DNA of 64,000 bases from Candidatus Latescibacterota bacterium (lineage in GTDB: Bacteria > Latescibacterota > UBA2968 > SICM01): NCBI GenBank assembly GCA_965217865.1, contig CBDCJO010000002.1, positions 1,504,001-1,568,000 on the forward strand, in the 5' to 3' direction. The position numbers were made by a program, and so were the translations under genes. Shown here one piece after another: positions 28,280 to 37,510 of the stretch. Position 1 is the first letter of the stretch; every line of letters starts with the position of its first letter. The notes under the pieces were generated by a model. That model saw only the letters and a program-made list of their open reading frames with translations, made no database searches and had not been told where the DNA came from.

Positions 28280-29584
28280 CTACATGTCTGTCTCGCGGTA
28301 TATCTCTTCCTGGTCCGGTGCCGTTTCTTTCCGGACCGGAGGCAGAATGGTCACATCCCCCGGCTCCAGCCCCACCGGGCGCACGTAGCCCTCGGTGAAC
28401 CGGGCGAGCCCGATGTAGGCCACGCTGCAAGAGGCGTACTCCATATCCGGCTTCGGCTGCCAACCCTTGGCCACGTATTCCCCTTCTACCTCGGTTGGCT
28501 TCTGGTTGTAATACGCCGTCACAATGCTGCCGTCGGATAGTTGGGCAGAGATGGGGTACCCGAGACCGCCCGCGCCCCGGTATCGCTCCGTACCGTTATC
28601 CTCGAGGACGATTTCGTTCTCCACGTCCCATGTCTCGCCCCCGTCCTGGGAAAGGCAGGCACGAATACCGAAGGGGCGGAAACGGCGGCCGTAGGTGCAG
28701 AGTACCTTACCGCTCTTGAGTTCGAGCAGATGCGGCGGGTAGCCGCGCATCGGGGTCGGGTGGAAGGGTTCCCAGGTCTTCCCGTTGTCGTCGGACCATG
28801 CCACTTGAATGTTGACGCCGTCGACCATGTTCCGGGCGGCCAGGAGGATACGGCCGCTCCCACGTAGCCGAATCATGCCGCACTCGGCGTGCCGATACGG
28901 CCCCGTGTACGGCACGGGCGTGATATTCCATCTCCTCCCGCCGTCGCGCGACGAAAGGATATAGACGTGATTCTTCTCCTCGTCCGATGATTGTTTTCCC
29001 ACCATCGTTCCCATCACCGTCCCATCCTCGAGCACGAACCAGCCCGATCCGGTGCCCCCGCCCCAGCATCCAAGCGTGTAGTAGGGTCCGATCTCCTCCG
29101 GTTCGCGCGTTTCCCACGTTTTTCCGCCGTCCGTCGACCGGTGGCAATACAGGCGCGATATGTAGCCTACGATCCCGGGCCCCGCATTCAGGAGGATCGG
29201 TGTTTCTTTCTCGATCTGCTCGGCCCGACCCGCCGGTGCCGTCATCCAGTGCGATTCCAGATACACCAGCGTTCCGTCGGGAAGCCGGACGGCGTCGTCA
29301 CGAAACGTTTCAGCGGAGGGGTCCTGCGTCATATCGCGAATCACGGGTTCCTTCGATACCAATTCCCACGTCAGTCCCATGTCGCCCGATCTCATGCGCA
29401 ATGCGAAGCACTCTTCCCCTTCTACCATGTGCATGTTCCAACCGGGCAGTATGCGCCGCGAAAGGAACCGAACCTCAATCGCATTGTTTTCGCCAATCGA
29501 CATCTTCGGGAAATCGCTCAACCAGCCTTCTCGTTGATACACAATCGTGTTATACTTCCATCCCTTCATATCTTTGATCAACAT
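28280..29584 (-). CDS. BNR/Asp-box sialidase-like protein
   Basis: STDGGKTWE, SRDGGRRW, SDDNGKTWE, GYPPHLLELKSGKVLCTYGRR, SQDGGETWD, LGYPISAQLSDGSIVTAYY. Confidence 0.85.
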   Translation of the reverse strand: MLIKDMKGWKYNTIVYQREGWLSDFPKMSIGENNAIEVRFLSRRILPGWNMHMVEGEECFALRMRSGDMGLTWELVSKEPVIRDMTQDPSAETFRDDAVRLPDGTLVYLESHWMTAPAGRAEQIEKETPILLNAGPGIVGYISRLYCHRSTDGGKTWETREPEEIGPYYTLGCWGGGTGSGWFVLEDGTVMGTMVGKQSSDEEKNHVYILSSRDGGRRWNITPVPYTGPYRHAECGMIRLRGSGRILLAARNMVDGVNIQVAWSDDNGKTWEPFHPTPMRGYPPHLLELKSGKVLCTYGRRFRPFGIRACLSQDGGETWDVENEIVLEDNGTERYRGAGGLGYPISAQLSDGSIVTAYYNQKPTEVEGEYVAKGWQPKPDMEYASCSVAYIGLARFTEGYVRPVGLEPGDVTILPPVRKETAPDQEEIYRETDM

Positions 29585-29650
29585 CTGGCCTGACCTCTCT
29601 ATTAGGACGTATCAATGAATTCTTAACACACTTCGTGTCCACCATCGTCT

Positions 29651-30517
29651 CTACGGGCTGCTATCTTCCAATCCCGCGGGAACCCCGTACGGTCGGTCAG
29701 GGTAAGTGTTGACTAACGGCCATCCCTGTCCGCCGATAAAGCGAAACTTCTCGGATTTGCCGCACAGCCAGCAGAACATCTCGGCGTTGTTGATGACGTC
29801 TCGATACTGTTGCCGGTAGGTCAGGATACCGGACCCATAGTCGGCTGTGGCCAGATCGAAGTCCGCTTCGGTGATCCAGTCGCGCTTGGGCGGCGTTGTG
29901 CGGAAGTAGCAATATTTGAGGTTGTGGCGCACGCCTGTGGCCGTCGAGGCCGCACGGCGGTGCCAGATCGAATAGACCGTGAGGACAACTGTGCCGGCGG
30001 ACGCGACCAGTTCGTGCGAGCCCCGGATCCTGCCGTAGTGTCCCATGTAGTTCTGTCTCGTCTGACCGATGGAATAGAGGAAATGGGATCCGGGCACCAC
30101 CTCGGTCGGTCCCAGTTCCCTTGGGACATCCTGCGGAAAATAGAAAACCTGCAAGTATTTAAGCTCGGGTCCGTACTGCGACCCCCCGTCTCTGTGCCAA
30201 AACTGACTCCCGCTCGGGGGGGTGGCTCGATGGTTGGTCATGTGAATCGGTAGACCAAATTCCTTTCCCAGCAGTGACCGGACCGCACCCGCGACCTCGG
30301 GTAATACGATCACGTTCTTGACAAACCAATCTTCGTGAAGCAGTTCGTTTGGATCTCCAGGGGATGGTGGCGGCCCGCCACTTTCAACCTCCAAGAATTC
30401 GATGGTTTTTCGGTTGATTTCCTCGGGGACCACGCCTTCGAATACATGGAAGCCCTTTTTACAAAACTCCAGCACTTCGGAATCCTTTAATGTGGCCCGA
30501 CAATCGTGCGTCTTCAT
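29651..30517 (-). CDS. phytanoyl-CoA dioxygenase (PhyH) family protein
   Basis: WHRDG (HxD), GPTEVVPGSH, IWHRR. Confidence 0.88.
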   Translation of the reverse strand: MKTHDCRATLKDSEVLEFCKKGFHVFEGVVPEEINRKTIEFLEVESGGPPPSPGDPNELLHEDWFVKNVIVLPEVAGAVRSLLGKEFGLPIHMTNHRATPPSGSQFWHRDGGSQYGPELKYLQVFYFPQDVPRELGPTEVVPGSHFLYSIGQTRQNYMGHYGRIRGSHELVASAGTVVLTVYSIWHRRAASTATGVRHNLKYCYFRTTPPKRDWITEADFDLATADYGSGILTYRQQYRDVINNAEMFCWLCGKSEKFRFIGGQGWPLVNTYPDRPYGVPAGLEDSSP

Positions 30518-30523
30518 CGTTGA

Positions 30524-30595
30524 TTATCTCCACCGGCAGAGAATGAACTCGCAGCCCAGCCCATCGGTACGCTTATCGTCGACGAGAAGGGCCAT
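30524..30595 (-). pseudogene. duplicated 3' remnant of the 121-aa gene 31497..31862
   Basis: Reads MALLVDDKRTDGLGCEFILCRWR* versus MALLVDDKRTYGLGCEFILERWR* in the intact gene. Confidence 0.8.
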
Positions 30596-31490
30596 CGCCC
30601 GAAACAGGCGTTCGCTGGCGTTTTAACAGGCTGTTATCTTCCAATCCCACGGGAACCCCGTACGGTCGGTCAGGGTACGAGAGGACCAACGGCCATCCCT
30701 GTCCGCCGATAGAGCTAAACTTCCCGGATTTGCCGCACAACCAGCAGAACATCTCGGCATTGTCGGTGATGTCCCGCATCTGCTGCCGGTAGGTCAGGAC
30801 CCCGGACCCATAGTTGGCTGTAGCCAGGTCGAAGGCCGCTTCGGTGATCCAGTCCCGCCTGGGCGGCGTTGTGCGGAAGTAGCAGTATTTGAGGTTGTGG
30901 CGCACGCCTGTGGATGGCGCGACCGCACGGCGGTGCCAGATCGAATAAACCGTGAGGACAACTGTGCCGGCGGGCACGACCAATTCGTGCGAGCCCCGGA
31001 TCCTGCCGTAGTGTCCCATGTAGTTCTGTACCTTCTGACCGATGGAATAGAGGAAGTGGGATCCGGGCACCACCTCGGTCGGTCCCATTTCCCTTGAGAC
31101 ATCCTGCGGAAGATAGAAAACCTGAAGGTAATTCAACTCGGGACCGTACTGCGACCCCCCATCTCTGTGCCAAAACTGACTCTCCTTCGAGTGCGTGCCT
31201 CGATGGTTGGTCATCTGAATCGGTTGGCCAAAGTCCTTTCCCAACAGTGACCGGACCGCACCCGCGACTTCGGGCGATATGATCACGTTGTCGACAAACC
31301 AATCTTCTAGAAGCAGTTCGTTTGGATCTCCTGGGGACGGTGGCGGACCGCCACTTTCGGTGTCTAAGAATTCGATGGTTTTTCGGTTGATTTCCTCGGG
31401 GACCACGCCTTCTAGTACATGGAAGCCCTTTCTGCAAAATTCCAGTACTTCGGAATCCGTTAATGTGGCCGGACAATCGTGCAGCTTCAT
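30573..31490 (-). CDS. PhyH family protein (tandem paralog of 29651..30517)
   Basis: WHRDG, GPTEVVPGSH, IWHRR; C-terminal extension runs across the duplication junction. Confidence 0.88.
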   Translation of the reverse strand: MKLHDCPATLTDSEVLEFCRKGFHVLEGVVPEEINRKTIEFLDTESGGPPPSPGDPNELLLEDWFVDNVIISPEVAGAVRSLLGKDFGQPIQMTNHRGTHSKESQFWHRDGGSQYGPELNYLQVFYLPQDVSREMGPTEVVPGSHFLYSIGQKVQNYMGHYGRIRGSHELVVPAGTVVLTVYSIWHRRAVAPSTGVRHNLKYCYFRTTPPRRDWITEAAFDLATANYGSGVLTYRQQMRDITDNAEMFCWLCGKSGKFSSIGGQGWPLVLSYPDRPYGVPVGLEDNSLLKRQRTPVSGDGPSRRR

Positions 31491-31496
31491 CGTTGA

Positions 31497-31862
31497 TTAC
31501 CTCCACCGCTCGAGAATGAACTCGCAGCCCAGTCCATAGGTGCGCTTATCGTCGACGAGAAGGGCCATTTCGGGGAATTTTATGATCCTCCAGCCATCTT
31601 GCATCGCCTGGCTCACCGTCTGGTACGGCCAGTCGTCCGGGTCTCGGGGGCCGTCGGAAAACTTCCCGTTTTCAAAGATGCTCATCCCAATGACCGGAGT
31701 GGTCACGCGCGTTTGTTCGGCTTGGAGATAGAGCAGCTCCTGGCGTTCCGGTTTCGCGTCGTCGGCCAATTCCGCGATTCGGCTCAAATCCCCCTCAGTT
31801 AGATCTCCCTTTCGAAGTTTCTCAATGCATGCTTCAACCTCATGCTGAATCTTACGCTGCAT
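31497..31862 (-). CDS. hypothetical protein (121 aa), directly upstream of a PhyH gene
   Basis: RBS GAGAGGAGG; motif PYQTVSQAMQDGWRIIKFP...EFILE; 6-nt gap to the PhyH start. Confidence 0.75.
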   Translation of the reverse strand: MQRKIQHEVEACIEKLRKGDLTEGDLSRIAELADDAKPERQELLYLQAEQTRVTTPVIGMSIFENGKFSDGPRDPDDWPYQTVSQAMQDGWRIIKFPEMALLVDDKRTYGLGCEFILERWR

Positions 31863-31896
31863 TCAGGCCTCCTCTCTCAGACGTGCAACATCCGGG

Positions 31897-33420
31897 CTAA
31901 GAGACATAACCCGGATAGCTCAAAACTCTTGAACCATAGGTCACTTCGAGATCTATTTTCATGACCTGGACCGACGCGTGGAGATTCGGATATCTCGGTG
32001 ACAGGACGAATCTCAACTCATTCATGCCTCTCCTCATCCTTCCAGGATCGACGGCAAGCTCCAGGTGCCACCAGGGACAATCCTCGGGGTGCTCAAAGCC
32101 GCGGAATGGCATCCTCTGCACGGACTCCCTCACGGGCGAGCCCAGGGACTCGCCATTCAGAAACACCGCCACATCCTCTAGATTCGGGACATTCTGGATG
32201 TTCAGGAGGAGGCGGATACGGGGATGACATCCATATCTCGCAGCGGCCTCGAGGTCATCACTGAAGCGGAGCTCTGTCTTCGCTTCACCGCCGGTCGCGG
32301 AATTTCCAAGTTCCAATGGAAGGTCGACCTGAGCAACATACACCTTGTCCTTGAATCGGATCTCATCCGGACCGCCAAGATCCTTAACAAGGTGGCGGAC
32401 ATCGAAGCCCTGCTCCTCGCGCATCATATAATCGTAGAATGAGACGCCATCGGCACCTTGATCATAAAGGTGTGCGGCGATTGCGCGGTGCTCTTCCAGC
32501 GTGTGCCACCTTGCATTCCCCGGGGCGGACACATACCTCCTGATCGGTTTTCCCGGACCGGCATACAGCCTGCAATTCGTGCCCTCTACAACCTCCTTCC
32601 ACTCGGTGATATCGGGTTCGAAGCAGGCCTTGCTGCGGTAATGGCCGATAAGAATGTCTATCAACCCCTCACTTGCCCATTGGCGTAGATCGAGACCATA
32701 ACCATATGCGTCCTGAACGGAACGCCGTTCAGGATCGTGTGCATAAACCTGTGCAGAGAGTCCGAGCCGGTTGCCTTTTTTTTCACCCACTTCATCCAGC
32801 ATGGAGCGCATATCACGCACGAATTCGGTCATCAGGGGCCGACCCTCATCCACATCGTCGGGGGCGAAGAAGCCCGGGGATCGTGTGTAATCCAGGTCTA
32901 TTCCATCCACGTCATATCGCTCTGCGACGTCGCGCATGAAGGCCAGACTCAGCTCCCTTACCTCGGACCTTGCCCAGTTGTAGGATCCATCCGGCAGGCG
33001 CAATTCCGGATTGTCACGATAATAGTCCGATTGGGGAGGATCGATATGTTTGTATGTGTGGTGCCGATCGTTCATGCGTCGGGAGCCCCAAACCTGCATC
33101 CCTCCGCTGTGTCCCTCCTCACATACGATCCTGAGGGGATCATTCCCGCTTTCGATCAGGTGATGAAGGTTCTTGGCCAGCTGCCAGTTCGAGAATCTCT
33201 TGTGTTGATGCTCGCTCGAGCCCCAGATCTCAAGCACCCTGGAATCGAAGAAGGCGGTCGTACTGCCGATACACCACTGGAAGATACCCACGTGAGAACC
33301 GGCCAGTGCCCTGACTTCGGCCAGGACTGCTTCTGGTGTGATTGGATACTCGTACTGGTCTTTCCAGCCGCCTAAGAAGCTAAGTCCATCACACGTCATG
33401 AGCAGCGGCTTGTCAGTCAT
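31897..33420 (-). CDS. GHL10/DUF187-like glycoside hydrolase family protein
   Basis: SRRMNDRHH, YNWARSEVRE, YDVDGIDLDYTR (canonical Asp), GLDLRQWASEGLID, GADGVSFY; start moved to MTDKP after RBS GGGAG. Confidence 0.8.
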   Translation of the reverse strand: MTDKPLLMTCDGLSFLGGWKDQYEYPITPEAVLAEVRALAGSHVGIFQWCIGSTTAFFDSRVLEIWGSSEHQHKRFSNWQLAKNLHHLIESGNDPLRIVCEEGHSGGMQVWGSRRMNDRHHTYKHIDPPQSDYYRDNPELRLPDGSYNWARSEVRELSLAFMRDVAERYDVDGIDLDYTRSPGFFAPDDVDEGRPLMTEFVRDMRSMLDEVGEKKGNRLGLSAQVYAHDPERRSVQDAYGYGLDLRQWASEGLIDILIGHYRSKACFEPDITEWKEVVEGTNCRLYAGPGKPIRRYVSAPGNARWHTLEEHRAIAAHLYDQGADGVSFYDYMMREEQGFDVRHLVKDLGGPDEIRFKDKVYVAQVDLPLELGNSATGGEAKTELRFSDDLEAAARYGCHPRIRLLLNIQNVPNLEDVAVFLNGESLGSPVRESVQRMPFRGFEHPEDCPWWHLELAVDPGRMRRGMNELRFVLSPRYPNLHASVQVMKIDLEVTYGSRVLSYPGYVS

Positions 33421-33432
33421 GGTGGTCTCCCT

Positions 33433-33464
33433 GGAAATGGAAAATACAAAATGGAAAATGAAAA
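33433..33464. repeat. degenerate 7-mer array (GAAAATG type)
   Basis: GGAAATG GAAAATA CAAAATG GAAAATG AAAA in a 64-bp intra-operon spacer. Confidence 0.75.
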
Positions 33465-33484
33465 CGTCTCGCCCGAACAATCGA

Positions 33485-35719
33485 TTAGAATCCCGAACCC
33501 GCGCCCGGGGTGAAGACCATGAGCCCCGCCTGAATGACATCCACCTGGTCGGTTTGCGTGCCGGGTGGACGCGTACCTGTGTTTGGAGGCGTTGGCTCAT
33601 CGATGGTAAGCTCACCTTCTTCGGCGATTGGATGATCCCTATCCAGCCCATCCCGATCGAGAGCGGAATCTGGCGCGGTAGCAGGGCCATCCAAACCATC
33701 AAACTGGGCTTTGAGGTCGTCCATTCCCCACCGCGCTCCGTAGAGGATGATCCGGATATTCCCTTTGGATCTCATCTCCTTGTAAAATTCGGGATCCAGT
33801 GTGTCCCAGCCGCCGTGGCTCGGGTCAACGATCACGGCATCGACCAGCCCTTTTTCGACCCATTCGCGCACATCCAGGGCATTTAGAAGGTTCACCTGTT
33901 CATTCGAAAACGTGTAGGGTACCAGCTTGATCGGGCTTCCCTGCTTTTTTGTCTCCTCCTCCAGCATTTCACGAAGATCCTCCATGAGTTTGGTGACGTG
34001 CCGGGCGCGGAACTTCAGCCAGCGGCTGTCCTCATCGGGAAGCTCCAAGGGATCCTCGCCGTATTCCCTTTGGAAGGCATCACACACGTGCGGTTCGTAA
34101 CCGACGAATGGCGGACCCCTGAAAAACCCCGGTGCAATTCCGTCGATCCTTCCGTCTCCGACCTGGCAGTGCCCGATGATTTCCCTGTAGAGCGCCACCA
34201 CGTAGTCGCGGACTTGGGGATACGCGTAGCTCATCTTGACCTTGGCGTGAACGCCGTCCTTGTTGACGATGCAGTACTCCGGATGCTTTTGGAAGAACGG
34301 CCCCGCGGCCCATTCCGAATCAGTGCCCCACGCCCCCATGCGGAGCATCACCCAGAAGTCCATTCCCATCCGGTGCGCCTCATCGGCCCCCACGTTCGGT
34401 AGGTTCACGCCATTTTCGATGAGCGACCTCCGTCCCTGGATGCTCAGCTCATCCCACTGCCTCTTCGTTACGCAGGATTGTGTTCCGGTCTCGCCAATCT
34501 TTGTCGGGTATGTGGTCTTGTCGATTGCGCAGTTCGGGTCCATCAAGAAGATATTGCAGCCCTCAGACCGTCTGACAGCAGTCCGAATGACTTGTCTTAC
34601 GTCGCCTTCGGTGGTCGCGTTGTACTCGGTCAGTGCGTCCCAGGTGTCCAATCCCGCAATCAGAATCGGCTCTTTTGCCTTCACGGGCTCTGAGACCGAT
34701 GGGGGGGCTTCAGCCGGAACAAACCTCAGCCACGCGACGCCACAGCGGACATTGAAATGTATGTAGTCCGGCTTATAGACCCCCGGGCCGCACCAGGTGG
34801 TGAACCGGCTCTTCTGGCGGAGGTGGATGTCCTGGCCGTCCATCTTTACACGCTTCCAGAGTCGCTCCCGGAAAAATCCCCGTTTCACCGAAAAATAGGG
34901 CTCGTTCCATCCTGGCGTCGGATGGAGCGGCAGATGCGTGAAGCCCGATTCCCCGGTTGTCCGGATGTCGATGCCGGCGAAGTTGAACTTCTCATCGTGG
35001 GGAGAGACCGGATCGTAGAGCCCCACGTAAACGTCGTACCAACCTGAAAGGTTTTCCTCACCCAGGTGTAAAACGATCTCCTCTCCGAAGCAATCTTCAT
35101 CGACCTCCAGCCCAACACCTTCCTCAACACCACTCTCTTGAGCCGAGTATTTCGACAGTTTCCACGTGTCGTGGCCCGTGTTGACATGTCTGGGTGTCGG
35201 GATCGGAATCAGCTTCAACCAGGCCAAAGCGCACGGCAAAGTCCGATGTCTCCAGAGCGGGATCTGGGCCAGATGCAGGTCCTGGCCTGACAGGTTCGCG
35301 ATCTTCCAGACACGCTCATTGACTTCGCGGTTCTTGGTTTCGGCGTGCGCCTTCCACAGCGACCAATCCGGATCTTTGCTGAGCCTCGCGTGCATCCCCT
35401 CCCCTGGAGGGCGGTGGTGAGGGGGATTTTGAGCCCACATCCCGTAGCGGACCTCATACCAGCCCCTGAGCTTCAATGCGCTCAGCTTATAGACGACCGG
35501 CTGCGCTCGCGTGGTCTGTGTGCCGATCAGCGAAAAGCCTTCGACATCTCCGGCCTTGTAAGGCTTCAGCTGCCATAGGCCGGGTGTCTCCGGATGCCTG
35601 GATACGAAGGTTTGCGGCTCGCACGCGCTGAAATCGCTGATCAGCAGGGTCTCCCGCGAGTCGCTTTCAGCGTCAATCCCCACGACGGGTTCGAAACGGC
35701 TCAGATCTGTGATGATCAT
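33485..35719 (-). CDS. ~745-aa GHL10-like TIM-barrel protein (paralog E)
   Basis: Close paralog of 25958..28207 with a different N-terminus (MIITDLSRFEP); RBS GAGGA. Confidence 0.8.
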   Translation of the reverse strand: MIITDLSRFEPVVGIDAESDSRETLLISDFSACEPQTFVSRHPETPGLWQLKPYKAGDVEGFSLIGTQTTRAQPVVYKLSALKLRGWYEVRYGMWAQNPPHHRPPGEGMHARLSKDPDWSLWKAHAETKNREVNERVWKIANLSGQDLHLAQIPLWRHRTLPCALAWLKLIPIPTPRHVNTGHDTWKLSKYSAQESGVEEGVGLEVDEDCFGEEIVLHLGEENLSGWYDVYVGLYDPVSPHDEKFNFAGIDIRTTGESGFTHLPLHPTPGWNEPYFSVKRGFFRERLWKRVKMDGQDIHLRQKSRFTTWCGPGVYKPDYIHFNVRCGVAWLRFVPAEAPPSVSEPVKAKEPILIAGLDTWDALTEYNATTEGDVRQVIRTAVRRSEGCNIFLMDPNCAIDKTTYPTKIGETGTQSCVTKRQWDELSIQGRRSLIENGVNLPNVGADEAHRMGMDFWVMLRMGAWGTDSEWAAGPFFQKHPEYCIVNKDGVHAKVKMSYAYPQVRDYVVALYREIIGHCQVGDGRIDGIAPGFFRGPPFVGYEPHVCDAFQREYGEDPLELPDEDSRWLKFRARHVTKLMEDLREMLEEETKKQGSPIKLVPYTFSNEQVNLLNALDVREWVEKGLVDAVIVDPSHGGWDTLDPEFYKEMRSKGNIRIILYGARWGMDDLKAQFDGLDGPATAPDSALDRDGLDRDHPIAEEGELTIDEPTPPNTGTRPPGTQTDQVDVIQAGLMVFTPGAGSGF

Positions 35720-35888
35720 CTCAATCGGTCCTCATTTTGTGGTCTCGATTCAGCCATCCTTTTCTTCACTGAAACGGTTCCTGACAGGCGTTTTCTCTTT
35801 CGTTGCCTGGAACAGCATAAAGAATTGGTCTGCAATAAGTTAACCAATAAGCGAGAAATAGACTTAAGAGCTGGTAGAACAACCGCGC

Positions 35889-35916
35889 AATATAGCCCGC
35901 GGGGAGGAAATTGCAA
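35889..35916 (-). promoter_or_regulatory. possible sigma70 promoter upstream of paralog E
   Basis: Minus strand TTGCAA-16 nt-TATATT; the -35 box lies in the terminal 7-mer repeat unit. Confidence 0.3.
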
Positions 35917-36112
35917 AGTGAAAAATGTGAATGGAGACGATGGACCATAGACCATAGACGATGGACGATGGACAAAGGTTGGAGGCCAGAGGCCAGGGGT
36001 CGGGAAGAGCAGTAGCAGTGGCAGGTGGCAGTGGCAGGAAGAGCAGAGGCGGGGCCCAGGGGTCGGAGGTCAGGGGACAGGGAAAAGCTGTAGCAGTAAC
36101 TGTGGCAGGAAA
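35908..36112. repeat. composite 7-mer/6-mer arrays
   Basis: GAAATTG CAAAGTG AAAAATG; GACGATG GACCATA GACCATA GACGATG GACGATG; GGCCAGA GGCCAGG GGTCGGG; GCAGTA GCAGTG GCAGGTG GCAGTG. Confidence 0.8.
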
Positions 36113-36404
36113 AACCAAGCCCGGTATAGGCAATGGGGTAACCCCTTAGATTTGTGGGACCCGACCCAGTCGGGGAATAAGGGAATTAGCCAAAGGGAAA
36201 CCCCTGTTTAAGGGATCCTGGCCCTCCAGAGCCAGTTCCCGGTCTGGAGACCGGTCCCACAACTTTTGGCCATACAAGGCCAGGGGGGTTGGTTGCGACT
36301 GAGCGAAGCGGAGCCAGTAGGGGCGACCCGATGCGGTCGCCCGTCGATGGGACCGGGCGAGGCTTTGCTTCGCCCAATTGGGAGTCGGGTGGCCGATAAA
36401 ATTG

Positions 36405-36436
36405 TTGTAGGGGCACGATGCATCGTGCCCCTACAA
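36405..36436. repeat. GTAG-family REP palindrome
   Basis: Perfect palindrome TTGTAGGGGCACGATGCATCGTGCCCCTACAA; related GTAGGGGCGACC..GGTCGCCC at ~36317 and a second copy at 59174. Confidence 0.85.
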
Positions 36437-36528
36437 GGGGAATCCGGCGTATAGGTGAGGGAATAAATCCCCGGCGGATTAGTACGTGGATAGCAACACG
36501 ATGGGGTCTTCGATCCCCGAATCACGAA

Positions 36529-37494
36529 TCACGATCCACGGGTTTTGGGGATCTTCACCTGTGTATGTCGGAAGTCGGGTCCTATCGATTGACTTGACCC
36601 CAGGCCCAGTCCCCAGTCATACGGGCCGGGATGGGCTCGTTCCTCAGCCCACGCCTTGAGCGGAACATCATCCCAGTCGTCGGAAAACCAAAATTGCGAT
36701 GACGGATTGCCGATCGGGTCTTTGCCCAGCGGATTTCCGCCCTGGCCCATGGCCCCCAGCAACTGCCGCCGGATTGGGGAGCTACGGGCGATCAGGTCCG
36801 GATCCTGTTCTACGTATCCGCTCGGCCGTACCCACCTTGGCGTGTAGCCGAAATAAATTACCTTGCGGACGCTCTTTGAAAGATTGGGAGTCACACCGTG
36901 CAAAAGCGTGGGCCGCCACAGCATGGCGCTACCGGCCGGAACCCGCAATTCAAAGATGTCCTCAGGTTTCAACCACGAATTCCAGGTGGCTCGTTGCTCT
37001 CGGGTCCACTTGTAGCTCCCGGGCAAAAGAAGGATCGTGCTGTGACCGGTTTCGGTGTGATCCGAAACGTACCAGCCGACCTTGAAGTCCAGCAGCGGCA
37101 ATGGCCCGTCAATAGTGGTTCCTGAAAAGTGGGGTTCATAATCGAAATGCAATCCAAGGGACAATATGTCTGGATCTGTGCCGTCAGGAGCCGGCGGGGC
37201 ATAGCCAAACGTACTATCGCGATTCTGAATGTTCCACCCGATGGCATCCACGACTAACGGAAGAATCCTGGGATGATCGATCAAGTTCAGTATGGCCTCG
37301 TGGTGTGCCAGAGCATTGCGGAGGCCCACCTCGTCTTCGGTACTTAAGCCCTGCGCTCTGCGTATCATGTCTGCCACTTCGTCCATGGCCGTGGATAAGG
37401 AATCCAGCTCTGGCCCGGTCAGCACACGCTCTAATATTGTGAATCCCTTTTCGTTGAGTTCATCTCTCTGCTGGTCGGTAATGGCTATTGGCAT
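36529..37494 (-). CDS. PhyH family protein
   Basis: LNEKGFTILERVL, LHFDY (HxD), LLPGSY, VPAGSAMLW, LLHGV. Confidence 0.87.
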   Translation of the reverse strand: MPIAITDQQRDELNEKGFTILERVLTGPELDSLSTAMDEVADMIRRAQGLSTEDEVGLRNALAHHEAILNLIDHPRILPLVVDAIGWNIQNRDSTFGYAPPAPDGTDPDILSLGLHFDYEPHFSGTTIDGPLPLLDFKVGWYVSDHTETGHSTILLLPGSYKWTREQRATWNSWLKPEDIFELRVPAGSAMLWRPTLLHGVTPNLSKSVRKVIYFGYTPRWVRPSGYVEQDPDLIARSSPIRRQLLGAMGQGGNPLGKDPIGNPSSQFWFSDDWDDVPLKAWAEERAHPGPYDWGLGLGSSQSIGPDFRHTQVKIPKTRGS

Positions 37495-37510
37495 CTGGTT
37501 CCTCGGTGAA

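Noticed and set aside
35716-36525. Short ORFs in long spacers (also 25424..25952, 46883..47254, 48042..48400, 56812..57270)
   Set aside because: Composed of REP and 7-mer repeat translations, without RBS or protein-like composition.
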